Positions 9,897-18,834 of a stretch of DNA of 64,000 nt are shown in pieces. The notes beneath the pieces are model-generated. The model was not told the DNA's origin and did no database searches. It worked only from the letters and a program-made list of their open reading frames with translations. Positions within the stretch are counted from its first letter, which is position 1; each line of letters opens with the position of its first letter. A program made the position numbers and the translations under genes. The DNA is taken from positions 178,490-242,489 of IMG/VR virus record IMGVR_UViG_3300028887_000068; one strand, 5' to 3'. The stretch is from a virus (lineage: Duplodnaviria; Heunggongvirae; Uroviricota; Caudoviricetes).

Positions 9897-10709
9897 TTAT
9901 TCTCTGCTGGCATAGAAAGCCTTTTTATTCTGCGATATACGCAGAGCTTTCTTTTCTTGTACAGCCTCATCCGAAAGGAGGTAATCCCCGTTGGCGAAAA
10001 TATCTATACCGTAATTCTTAAATTCTTCATAGATACGATTATAGACACGGCGCTCGTCATTAGATAGATCAGATCTTGAGTGCTTGCCAAGACTAATAAG
10101 GTAATCGCGACATGGCTTCACTGCAGACTTCGCATTGCTTTGCCTGTCTTTTCTAAAATTGTCAATGAAAGCGGTGTCCTTGTACCTTCCATCAGAAAAG
10201 ATATCTATACCATACTTTCGATTGAAGTATTCTATGCGTTTATACGCTAATTTTTCTTCTTTTGTTAGTTCTGGTATCATCTTACCAAGCGACAAAAGAA
10301 ATTTTGCTGCTGGCTTGTCTTTCTTTTTGTTGTTATCGGAAACTCTTTGAATACGTGTTCCATAGGTAACATTATACTGGCGATCGCACCATTCCAAATT
10401 GTCGTATCTATTGTTTTCTTGGTTTTCATCTTTATGGTTCACCTCAAGAAAGTGAGTCGGATCCGGATTATGAACGAAAGCTTCGGCTACAAGGCGATGA
10501 ACATAAAAAGTAACATTATGTCTCGATATACGCATATAACCTGATCCAGTCTTTCCTATGTGAGCATCAATAAAGTCGTCTTCGCTAAAATCAGCTGAAA
10601 GAGCTCTGCTGTTAGCAGGAACCTTGATTTTTCCATCAGGAAAAACTAGAAATGTAAACATTTTTCCATTTTTCTTTTCCTGTAATCTTACTGGTTTGAG
10701 TTTTTCCAT
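9897..10709 (-). CDS. Free-standing HNH homing endonuclease
   Basis: VHRLVAEAF..EVNHKDENQENNRYDNLEWC..YN motif; duplicated C-terminal module. Confidence 0.88.
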   Translation of the reverse strand: MEKLKPVRLQEKKNGKMFTFLVFPDGKIKVPANSRALSADFSEDDFIDAHIGKTGSGYMRISRHNVTFYVHRLVAEAFVHNPDPTHFLEVNHKDENQENNRYDNLEWCDRQYNVTYGTRIQRVSDNNKKKDKPAAKFLLSLGKMIPELTKEEKLAYKRIEYFNRKYGIDIFSDGRYKDTAFIDNFRKDRQSNAKSAVKPCRDYLISLGKHSRSDLSNDERRVYNRIYEEFKNYGIDIFANGDYLLSDEAVQEKKALRISQNKKAFYASRE

Positions 10710-10761
10710 AAAAATCTCCTTAATGCGAACATTAAGGAGATAAATCTTTTGCGAAAATTAG

Positions 10762-11484
10762 CTAAAAAGACGTGAAGATTTTCCTGCGATTTGCCGATAG
10801 ATGCATGTTCTGACGGAACTTTTCGAGAAGTTCTCTTCGTTCATTAACGGCATCTTCGTAAGTACCAGTATACAGTTCAATCTCAGACTGCGTAGTATTC
10901 ACATTCGTAAATACATGGCGGAATCCAAGAATGTCCATACGGATATCGCAAGCCGCAAGCTGGAGGATATACTCACGGAGACCCGGATGGAATTCCGTAA
11001 AGTCAGAGTGAGCGACCTTAAGCTTTAAAGCCATTCTGTTGTCATTCATTCCTTCTGGCGGGTTAGGAGCAATGTTTATCTTGTTAGGAGGCAGGAAGTG
11101 TACTGTGTACGGGATAGCCGTGAAATTGGCAATCTCATCCTGCAAGAAACTCAAGACAAACTCAAACGGACAAACACGGTAAAAGCGATCGTAGAATGTA
11201 GTTGAGCTTCCGATACCATTGAGAGATGTCAGAAGTTCAGCACCAAGAAGCTGCGTAGGAGTTTCAACATAGTACATCCCCGGCTGTCCGTCAACCATGT
11301 CGTTCTTCATATCCACGATGTAGTGGATTATCTTCGGGAAGTATACAGAAAGCGTCGGTAAGGTTTCATCTTTAAGAATTTCAGCGATAGCATCATCGTC
11401 GAGTTCGAGATTTCTCATTCCCGCACCGACACGAGCCTTTACACGCTGAATAATCTTGGAAGTACTAAGCCACAAATTATCCAT
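10762..11484 (-). CDS. Putative neck/head-completion protein (T4 gp13-like)
   Basis: Size, N-terminal RVGAGMRNLELDDD pattern, C-terminal helices, position beside the prohead protease. Confidence 0.55.
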   Translation of the reverse strand: MDNLWLSTSKIIQRVKARVGAGMRNLELDDDAIAEILKDETLPTLSVYFPKIIHYIVDMKNDMVDGQPGMYYVETPTQLLGAELLTSLNGIGSSTTFYDRFYRVCPFEFVLSFLQDEIANFTAIPYTVHFLPPNKINIAPNPPEGMNDNRMALKLKVAHSDFTEFHPGLREYILQLAACDIRMDILGFRHVFTNVNTTQSEIELYTGTYEDAVNERRELLEKFRQNMHLSANRRKIFTSF

Positions 11485-11495
11485 AGCAGAATCCT

Positions 11496-11894
11496 CTATT
11501 TAGTTTTATTCTCGATTAACGTCTTTACGCTGATAACAATTTCCGTTAGCCGATCAACTTTCTCGGCTATCTTTTCAACTGTTTCAACTCTCTGTACCAT
11601 GACAGCCTGTCCTTGTTCAAGTGCCTTAGTAGAAGACTTGAGAGTTTCTATGCTCCGATAGTCATTGTCTAACTTAGTCTTAATGGTTCCCATGTCCTTA
11701 GTCTTATCTTTTAGCTCGGAGATTTCCTTATCGGAATTCTCTTTTGCTGTTTCTAGAGCTTTGATACGGGCTTCCATAGATTCGCCTTGCGTGGTATTTG
11801 TTTTGCTTTTCACATAGGCCGTACATGCAGCTATGAGACCAGCAAGACCTGTTAGAACACCTATGATAGCAAAAGTTAATCTCGGATCTTCCAT
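11496..11894 (-). CDS. Membrane-anchored coiled-coil protein (holin/XhlA-like architecture)
   Basis: N-terminal hydrophobic helix FAIIGVLTGLAGLIAACTAYV followed by heptad repeats. Confidence 0.5.
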   Translation of the reverse strand: MEDPRLTFAIIGVLTGLAGLIAACTAYVKSKTNTTQGESMEARIKALETAKENSDKEISELKDKTKDMGTIKTKLDNDYRSIETLKSSTKALEQGQAVMVQRVETVEKIAEKVDRLTEIVISVKTLIENKTK

Positions 11895-11897
11895 TAA

Positions 11898-12662
11898 CTA
11901 ACCCCCGAATACGTCATCCAAAACAGAGAAAGTCTTGGATCTCAAGTCACAGATAGAAATCATCCCATTTCCACCCTTAAGGTTCACAACACCCTTGTTG
12001 ATAGATGCTGTCTGCACCTTACCGTCAAGCATGTCCTCAATAGCGAACAGAGAGTTGATACCTTCAGATCCGAGCACTTCCTTCACCTGTTCATCAGTAA
12101 CAGCGATATCATCGAGCTTGATGAACGGATTTGGAGATTCAGTGGCAGATACCATTCGTGCAGCAGCATGAGACGGTACTGGAACCCAGTCATAGGTAGT
12201 GATCTTCAGGTTAACAACACGGAAGTGGTCTTGTTCTTGTTTAAGCTTGTGAAGTCCTCTCATGGAGAACGACAGCACCTTCTGCTTATCCACTTCTTTC
12301 TTCATCCAAGAGCCATTCTGGTTGACAGTCGTAGTAATGTCGCCATAGAACTTGTTGGCTTTCTTGTCGAGTTTCATGATAGCATGAGACACTTTAGTAT
12401 AGTCCGTATAAAGCTGTCTTTTGATACTCGTATCGAACGGGTGTCCTGCTTCACCATACCAAGTGCCGCACTGGAGAGCTTCTTGGAGAAGCGGATCATT
12501 CAATGCTGCGTCAATCAAACCAGTTGGATAAATCTTGCGGTTACGGTTCAGGATATCACCATCTTGCAAAATAGCACGAAAAGTCACGTCATCGTCAGTT
12601 TCTTTGATGATCGAAGGATTCGATCTTGCTTCAAAGTTGTTGGCTAAAAACACCGAAGGCAT
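11898..12662 (-). CDS. Prohead core protease (T4 gp21-like); start revised to MPSVFL
   Basis: NRNRKIYP, GEAGHP, VSHAI, SFSMRG, YDWVPVPS motifs; SD aaggag and promoter 12683-12694 favour the 12662 start. Confidence 0.88.
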   Translation of the reverse strand: MPSVFLANNFEARSNPSIIKETDDDVTFRAILQDGDILNRNRKIYPTGLIDAALNDPLLQEALQCGTWYGEAGHPFDTSIKRQLYTDYTKVSHAIMKLDKKANKFYGDITTTVNQNGSWMKKEVDKQKVLSFSMRGLHKLKQEQDHFRVVNLKITTYDWVPVPSHAAARMVSATESPNPFIKLDDIAVTDEQVKEVLGSEGINSLFAIEDMLDGKVQTASINKGVVNLKGGNGMISICDLRSKTFSVLDDVFGG

Positions 12663-12818
12663 AAGCTCTCCTTTTGATTTTTCAATATGAAGTTGCCATA
12701 AGATAAAGAAATAGAAATAGGTCAAAGACCTATTTCTATGAAATGTTACTTATGCTTTCCGTAGATGAAAATCATCGAGAGCACCGATAATGGAACCATA
12801 AGTATAGCTTTCAACGTC

Positions 12819-13340
12819 TTATGAAGCTTTTTCCTCATTGGCAACCTCACTTGTACTAGGGAGGTCAAGGGGCTTGTCGCCTTCATCGTTCGGGATAAAC
12901 TGCTTGTTCTTTTCGTAGAATTCTTCCGAAGAGACCGCACAGTGTTCGAAGTATTCCGGGAAGGTTTCATTCAACAGTTTAGTTTCTTCGCCGTTGCAGA
13001 TCCACTTCTTACCGATAATGAACTGCTTGTTCGTTTTGTCTCCCTTGATGATTTCGAAAGCACACCAGTGGATAGTGATACCGTTATCAGAGATAACAGC
13101 AACAATACACTTGTCACCACCAGCCAATACGGAGATATCGCACTCCTTCTGTTCCTTGATATTGGCTTCAGAGATTTCGTTGCAGTCGCAGTCAACGATA
13201 CGGCTGATTCTCAAACCATGAAGTTCGAGAGCATGACCCTTCTGGTCGAAACCCTTGTGAATATCCTGTTGCTTGGAGAATTCGACAAGGTAGAGTTTCT
13301 TAGAGTCAAGATAGGGTTTGATGTTCATTCCTTCGGGCAT
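12819..13340 (-). CDS. Hypothetical protein
   Basis: 173 aa, SD aggag. Confidence 0.7.
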   Translation of the reverse strand: MPEGMNIKPYLDSKKLYLVEFSKQQDIHKGFDQKGHALELHGLRISRIVDCDCNEISEANIKEQKECDISVLAGGDKCIVAVISDNGITIHWCAFEIIKGDKTNKQFIIGKKWICNGEETKLLNETFPEYFEHCAVSSEEFYEKNKQFIPNDEGDKPLDLPSTSEVANEEKAS

Positions 13341-13434
13341 GTTTACTCCTTAATTGATTTCATTTTTATAGTTCATACAATTCTTTGAAAGAGCAAAAAA
13401 TAAAACCGGGTTATCTTTCGATACCCGGTATTCT

Positions 13435-13983
13435 TTAGTCTAGATGTTTTGGAGCAGGAATCTCACCTTCGAATTCGAAGTCAATCGGGACAATCTGTCT
13501 CTTGCCTTCAAATGTTTCGATGATCTTACAACGCTCAAATTTATGAACAACATCCTTCGTTGCATTATACAGCTCCTGTAAAGCCATAGCCCAGATAGCA
13601 AAACTTCCATTAGGCTTATTCATCCTGTAGACGTCTCGCTCAAGTTCGTCGGGTTCTTGATGCCAGCATACTAAGCTCTTCATCTTTCCACGGACTTCAT
13701 CCGTTATAGATCTGAACATAATGTAAGCATGGTTGAATTCCGGGCCGTGGCCTGAACAACAGTACTGTGTTTCTACCCCTTCAATGCTGTTCAAACACAG
13801 AATGGGCAAGAGAATAGCATCATCAATATTATGGTATCCTTCCATAAACAGCTTTGCGCGGTCATAGACATCAGGCCACTGTACGATGTATTTCTTCTCT
13901 CTGAAGTTAACAAAGGCTTGGGATGTAGAGGTGCTGTTAGCACCATTACACACCAAGTCAAACGCTAATTCGTCTGGCGTCAT
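13435..13983 (-). CDS. Hypothetical protein with a TQYCCSGH motif
   Basis: 182 aa, ATGA-coupled to the RNAP beta gene. Confidence 0.65.
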   Translation of the reverse strand: MTPDELAFDLVCNGANSTSTSQAFVNFREKKYIVQWPDVYDRAKLFMEGYHNIDDAILLPILCLNSIEGVETQYCCSGHGPEFNHAYIMFRSITDEVRGKMKSLVCWHQEPDELERDVYRMNKPNGSFAIWAMALQELYNATKDVVHKFERCKIIETFEGKRQIVPIDFEFEGEIPAPKHLD

Positions 13984-15872
13984 TTCTTGATCCTTAATCC
14001 GAGTCCGCTGAGATAACCGTTAAGCATACTCTTCGGAACATTGTTGCCTTTCCTTTCGAGAATGATCTCTTCGCCTTCTTTCTTTTTGATGAGAGCTTGT
14101 GCAAGCGCTAATCTATCTTCAGAAGACTGAGAAGAGAACGACAACAAGTCAGAAATGTCTTTGAGGTTTCCAGAGAACATCAGGTTGGAGGTTTCTTGTT
14201 CACCAAGTCTAATCGGGGTCTTGCTAAGAATATCAGTACTCTTCGCACTCTTACTCTTGTTCGGCACACCCTTGGAACTAAGTAAGCCGACACATCTTGC
14301 AGACTGCTTGCCAGACGGTTCTTGTTTCAGACGCATAAAGTACGCCTTGGCAAACGTCAACGGACGGTCGATACCCTTGAACTTGGTCTGTTGAATTCCG
14401 AGTTCTTCAACCAGGTCAGCGTATTCTTCGAAGCTGATGTTATCAAAGAATGGCGGCATGTGAATCGGGAAGCCCTTGTCGTACATCTCATTGATGAACG
14501 TCGTCAGAGCTGTTTCATCCAACGACTCGATGTACTTATCAAAGGACTCCTTCTGGTCATAGTTCAGAGCAAGATAACATTCACGAATACCTTCGATCTT
14601 CCCATCGAGTTTATCGTTCATGTGTCTCTTTCTGAAGTTGTCCGCTATTTCGTTGATTGCAAGTTCAAACAACGCACCGGGGTTCAATCGACCGATGATA
14701 CCGAGAGGCGACATACAAACTTCTGCATGGTCTCCATCAATGGTTTCCGGCATCTGGTCATCGGGCAGGATCTTAGAAATCACGCCCTTAGAGCCATAGC
14801 GATTTGTAATCTTACAACCTTCTTCAAGCGGTCTCTGATGACAGACTTTCACGTTCAGATACAAGAAGTCAAATTCATTCTTAGCTATCCACGGCTTCTT
14901 TTCGCTATGCGGGCCGTTCACCGACTCCGTATACCTAGCTATCGCATACGATGCATCCGGTGTAAGCAAACCCGTTTGCTTATAGGGCCATAAAGTTTCA
15001 ATGATTTCCAACCAGTATCTTTCCTGATTTTCCAAGATATCTCTAATCTGCTTCGACCACGGTTCGTTCAGAACTTCGGACGCAACGTTAGAGTATACCG
15101 TAATGTCTTCCACATATCCTACTCCACTGAAGACTGCGTCTGATGCGATAATCTTCTGTGCTGTAGCATCTGTAAATCTTGCAAACGAAGAACGCTTTTC
15201 GTATCTACGTCTTGCACAAATGATACCATTACTAATCTCTTGGAAGATATCCGGGAGACACTTGTAGTCATTGCTGTCGCCGTAAAGATTAAGTAACACG
15301 TCGTTCGAGTTGATAAGAACGCCGTATTCCATGATCTCAGTGAAAGCCATCTTTTGCGCAGCTGTTTCCGATACCAAAATGGCGTCTTCGATGGTTCCAT
15401 CCTTATGGTTATAGAAGATCGTTTTCAGATTCTTTCCATAAGCCAAGTTTAAGTGGTCGTCATATGCCGAAGCCGAGCTAATCACTTCCCCTGCTTCAAT
15501 TTCCATTCCTTCCGTAATGTTCTCGAAATCGGGAACACGGTTAAGATAACCGAAGTGCTCGGTGAGTCTCTTCGAGCTTGTGATTTCTTTAAAGTCAATC
15601 TTTTTCGTCTCTTGATCTTCTAGTATCAAGGCATAAGTAGAGTCGTTCTTTTTGATAGCCTTGACTACCTTCTGCTTATGGTCATATCGAAGAATGGACG
15701 AAGAAACTTCTCCGACCTGATTCTCGAAATTCGTAAAGAGCAGAGGCGGTTCCGGATCATCCAATACAAGAGCCTGATTTAGATGGTTGCAGACCATGTT
15801 AAGTCTTGGGCCATCGATCTTGTTCGCATTGGGAACCAGCAGTTCACTTTCGAGAAAGCTGTGATCTGCCAT
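13980..15872 (-). CDS. Multisubunit RNA polymerase beta subunit, C-terminal half (probably non-virion RNAP)
   Basis: PRLNMVCNHLNQAL, EDAILVSE, GCKITNRYGSKGVIS, IGRLNPG, RLKQEP..SAR, IRLGEQE. Confidence 0.92.
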   Translation of the reverse strand: MADHSFLESELLVPNANKIDGPRLNMVCNHLNQALVLDDPEPPLLFTNFENQVGEVSSSILRYDHKQKVVKAIKKNDSTYALILEDQETKKIDFKEITSSKRLTEHFGYLNRVPDFENITEGMEIEAGEVISSASAYDDHLNLAYGKNLKTIFYNHKDGTIEDAILVSETAAQKMAFTEIMEYGVLINSNDVLLNLYGDSNDYKCLPDIFQEISNGIICARRRYEKRSSFARFTDATAQKIIASDAVFSGVGYVEDITVYSNVASEVLNEPWSKQIRDILENQERYWLEIIETLWPYKQTGLLTPDASYAIARYTESVNGPHSEKKPWIAKNEFDFLYLNVKVCHQRPLEEGCKITNRYGSKGVISKILPDDQMPETIDGDHAEVCMSPLGIIGRLNPGALFELAINEIADNFRKRHMNDKLDGKIEGIRECYLALNYDQKESFDKYIESLDETALTTFINEMYDKGFPIHMPPFFDNISFEEYADLVEELGIQQTKFKGIDRPLTFAKAYFMRLKQEPSGKQSARCVGLLSSKGVPNKSKSAKSTDILSKTPIRLGEQETSNLMFSGNLKDISDLLSFSSQSSEDRLALAQALIKKKEGEEIILERKGNNVPKSMLNGYLSGLGLRIKK

Positions 15873-15938
15873 TTTTCTCCTTGAGGTTAAAGATAGGAGA
15901 ATCCCAAGCGTTTCCTGAGATTCTCCTTATCTAATATA

Positions 15939-16832
15939 CTATTTTATGGCATTGCTGACAAACGTGCCATCAACATATTCGCCCTTAGTGAGCTTACAGT
16001 AGATCTTGTGAAGGGCTTCTTCGGAGATTTCTTGTCTTTCTCCAGAAGGCCATTCCAGAATAGTCGTGTAGATCTTTGCTACAAGATTAGTGCCAAGCGA
16101 CTTGCGAGGGTCGCTCATACTGAATTGCTCAATAGGGAAAGGCCTTGCTACAATCCACATGCACCTGCCGGACGGTTCATCGAGCTCGACGGCGTTAACT
16201 AAGTGGTTGACATTGACGTAGATAGCGTTGCATCTTCCGTTATACGTCTTGACCTTTATCTTACTTCCGAAGTTAAGACACTTAATCTGGTTATCTTCAA
16301 AGTAAGTGTATTCCTTAATCGTTTCCTTGATGTCGTAATCCTTCGGATTCCTGTCTTTGTAACGGACAGTAACCGAGCTAACGAAACTGCCTTCAGTGTT
16401 AAGCACGGAGATAGGCCATGTTCCTTCATGGATCTCGACTTCTCTGTAATTCTCGAGTCTACGAGAGCAGAGAGTTCTCTTGTTAAGCGTCTCTACTTTA
16501 CGCTCTTTGTCATAGTTGTAGAGGAATTCCTTTTTCATAATGAATTCCGGGCTGACAAGCACAGAGAAATTCATCTTGCCACAGTCATCAAAGAAGTCGC
16601 AAGTATAGACATCATTTCTCGGAAGCAGAGCTTTGAAGCCGTGAACACGAACAAAGCTAGACTGCTTGTAGATTTCCGGAAATGACTTAAATATTGTTGT
16701 CTTGTCCTTGTCAGAAATGTCGTCAAGAGCAAGCATCAAACTATACGGGCCGAAGTGTCTTCCCGTAATTCTGAAGGATGTGAAGAAGCTACTTCCGTCC
16801 GTAAGGAAAGTGCGTTTGGTGAAAATACCCAT
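15939..16832 (-). CDS. Hypothetical protein
   Basis: 297-aa ORF within a co-oriented run. Confidence 0.65.
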   Translation of the reverse strand: MGIFTKRTFLTDGSSFFTSFRITGRHFGPYSLMLALDDISDKDKTTIFKSFPEIYKQSSFVRVHGFKALLPRNDVYTCDFFDDCGKMNFSVLVSPEFIMKKEFLYNYDKERKVETLNKRTLCSRRLENYREVEIHEGTWPISVLNTEGSFVSSVTVRYKDRNPKDYDIKETIKEYTYFEDNQIKCLNFGSKIKVKTYNGRCNAIYVNVNHLVNAVELDEPSGRCMWIVARPFPIEQFSMSDPRKSLGTNLVAKIYTTILEWPSGERQEISEEALHKIYCKLTKGEYVDGTFVSNAIK

Positions 16833-16833
16833 C

Positions 16834-17106
16834 TTATGCCTCTGTCAGATAGCAGAATGTTACTTCAAGATCCTTCCGTGCTTTTTCAATTTCTTCTTCG
16901 TTTCCTTTTCCGATAGTTGCGAGCAGAGTGGCACCTCTGTCATACGCTTTGAACAGAGCGACACACTTGTCGTAGATTTCTGTATTGGACTCGCTATAGT
17001 CCTTGACTTTCGGGTTACGGCTCTTCAGAATTTCTTCCGGAATCACTCTGTTGATTTCTTCTTTAGAATAGCCGTTGATTGAGGTTAAGGCTTCTACCAA
17101 TGTCAT
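16834..17106 (-). CDS. Hypothetical protein
   Basis: 90 aa, abuts its neighbours. Confidence 0.6.
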   Translation of the reverse strand: MTLVEALTSINGYSKEEINRVIPEEILKSRNPKVKDYSESNTEIYDKCVALFKAYDRGATLLATIGKGNEEEIEKARKDLEVTFCYLTEA

Positions 17107-17114
17107 AAGCGTAC

Positions 17115-18110
17115 CTATGCGTTTGCTACAACATACTCGTTAAAGCTAAGCATCTCTCCATATAGAGACTGTGCAGCATCCTTGAAGTTCTTCAAAGCTA
17201 CTGGCTCATCCCCTCTGGAGTTGATGATGAATCTTGTAACTACGAACGGATAGAAGCATGAGAAGTCTACTATCGCCATCGTAGCTAAAGCTTGCGGGAA
17301 TGTCGTAAGTGAATTAAGGATTTCTTCTTTGAATCCTCTCACCGTTCTGGTGTCAGAAGAGAGGATGTAATTCTCTTTGTAGTCTTCTAGAAAGAGTGTC
17401 TTGATGGTCTTTTCTGTTCCCGGTATCACAAGCGTATCGAAGAATTTCGTGCTATTGAAGAATGTGAAAAAGTTCTCGGCGGGACTATACACACTCAAGA
17501 AAGTAGCGGTGATAACAAGGATACGGTGCAGAAGAGAAGCATCATAGACATAGCCATCACGGATGGCGTTTCTTGCCGTAAGACCGAGAATTGTGGTTCT
17601 GTCAAAATGCTTAATGAGTTCCGTTCTAGCTAGTCTCGGATCCGGAATCAACAGAGGAATACCCTTAGACTTCGTGCGAAATTCTCCGAAAGATGTCGGG
17701 AAGAATTCACTATCGAAATTATCTAGAGCCTTGTCTGAAGCGGAATCAGAGAACATGGCTAGATACGAATTGCGAAAGACATTCATAGCCATAGAGAGGG
17801 AGCTGCCAACATACTCAGACTCGATGTACTTGCTGATAGCCTTATACCTTGCTGCCTTTTCGCTTGGCGATATAGACGCAGCAAAGACCTCATCGGAATC
17901 ACTCTTATCGAGTTCTTCGAACGGTTTGAATGTAACATTCTCCCAGCTGAAGAATCTCTCGAACAATGTCTTGCGTCTATGGATAGACTCAAGGCCATCT
18001 ATGATATCCCTGACATCATTTGCGCAGCTGCTATTCTCGTTAAGATAGTTAGATACAGCCTCGTAGATAGTGTCGATGATGTTAAAAGCGTTTCGTATAT
18101 TATTTGCCAT
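17115..18110 (-). CDS. Hypothetical protein; start revised to MANNIR
   Basis: SD gagga before 18110; promoter AACTTTACAATG at 18126-18137 overlaps the longer-ORF start. Confidence 0.65.
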   Translation of the reverse strand: MANNIRNAFNIIDTIYEAVSNYLNENSSCANDVRDIIDGLESIHRRKTLFERFFSWENVTFKPFEELDKSDSDEVFAASISPSEKAARYKAISKYIESEYVGSSLSMAMNVFRNSYLAMFSDSASDKALDNFDSEFFPTSFGEFRTKSKGIPLLIPDPRLARTELIKHFDRTTILGLTARNAIRDGYVYDASLLHRILVITATFLSVYSPAENFFTFFNSTKFFDTLVIPGTEKTIKTLFLEDYKENYILSSDTRTVRGFKEEILNSLTTFPQALATMAIVDFSCFYPFVVTRFIINSRGDEPVALKNFKDAAQSLYGEMLSFNEYVVANA

Positions 18111-18137
18111 ATGTCCTCGCATGTTCATTGTAAAGTT

Positions 18138-18800
18138 CTACCTCAAAATCTTCATATACCTAATGAGGATTTTGTATTTCTCATGTTCGGTAAAGAGGAT
18201 CGGGTAGATAAAATTGTCGTCGCTAGCTTCAATAGAGACATAACAGCCCTCTCTTACATTGGGCTTTGGAACAATCTTAGAGTCAATGTAAAGCACAGGG
18301 CCGAGAGTATCTTCTTCGCCCGGTCTGTAGAGATTCCCAGTTTCGAAGTTGTACTTGAGAACATCGAACTTGTCCGGTAAGTCAAGTACAGCCCATTCAA
18401 GCTGTTCTACCAAGGCGAAAGGATTGTCTTTTCGTTTATTCCCCCATGAGTGTTCCTTAAGAGCAACCCTTGTAGATGGGTCGTCCATAGTCGGAATCTT
18501 TGTGATAATCACCTCTCCGTTATCTCGTCTGATGTCGGTGATAACATTCGGTTTCTTCAATTCCTTCAGAGTTGCCATCGGAACAGAGAAAAACCAGTCA
18601 GCCCCAACTTCAGGAGCAAGCAGAGAATGGTCATTGTTAGCCACAAAGATCTCTGTAATCCCACGTTCCTTGGAGAAGATGCAAGAGGCATAATCACCCT
18701 CGAAGGTGACTGTCTCAGGCTTCTCTCCGAAGGAGTTGGTGAGTTTGTAAATAGTCTCAAAGACCTTTTTGGCGGATTTTGACACAGATTGTATAGCCAT
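18138..18800 (-). CDS. Hypothetical protein
   Basis: 220 aa, SD aaggag, TATATAAAGAAATA promoter at 18818-18831. Confidence 0.7.
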   Translation of the reverse strand: MAIQSVSKSAKKVFETIYKLTNSFGEKPETVTFEGDYASCIFSKERGITEIFVANNDHSLLAPEVGADWFFSVPMATLKELKKPNVITDIRRDNGEVIITKIPTMDDPSTRVALKEHSWGNKRKDNPFALVEQLEWAVLDLPDKFDVLKYNFETGNLYRPGEEDTLGPVLYIDSKIVPKPNVREGCYVSIEASDDNFIYPILFTEHEKYKILIRYMKILR

Positions 18801-18834
18801 AAATCTCCTTGTGTGACTATTTCTTTATATACTG

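Noticed and set aside
9897-10709. First HNH gene as intron-encoded
   Set aside because: The flanks are short, hold a convergent gene and terminator hairpins, and show no group I core elements or interrupted exons
17115-18110. Possible sigma-like RNAP specificity subunit (55505-56677 was also considered)
   Set aside because: No supporting motif is visible; it needs a profile or structure search
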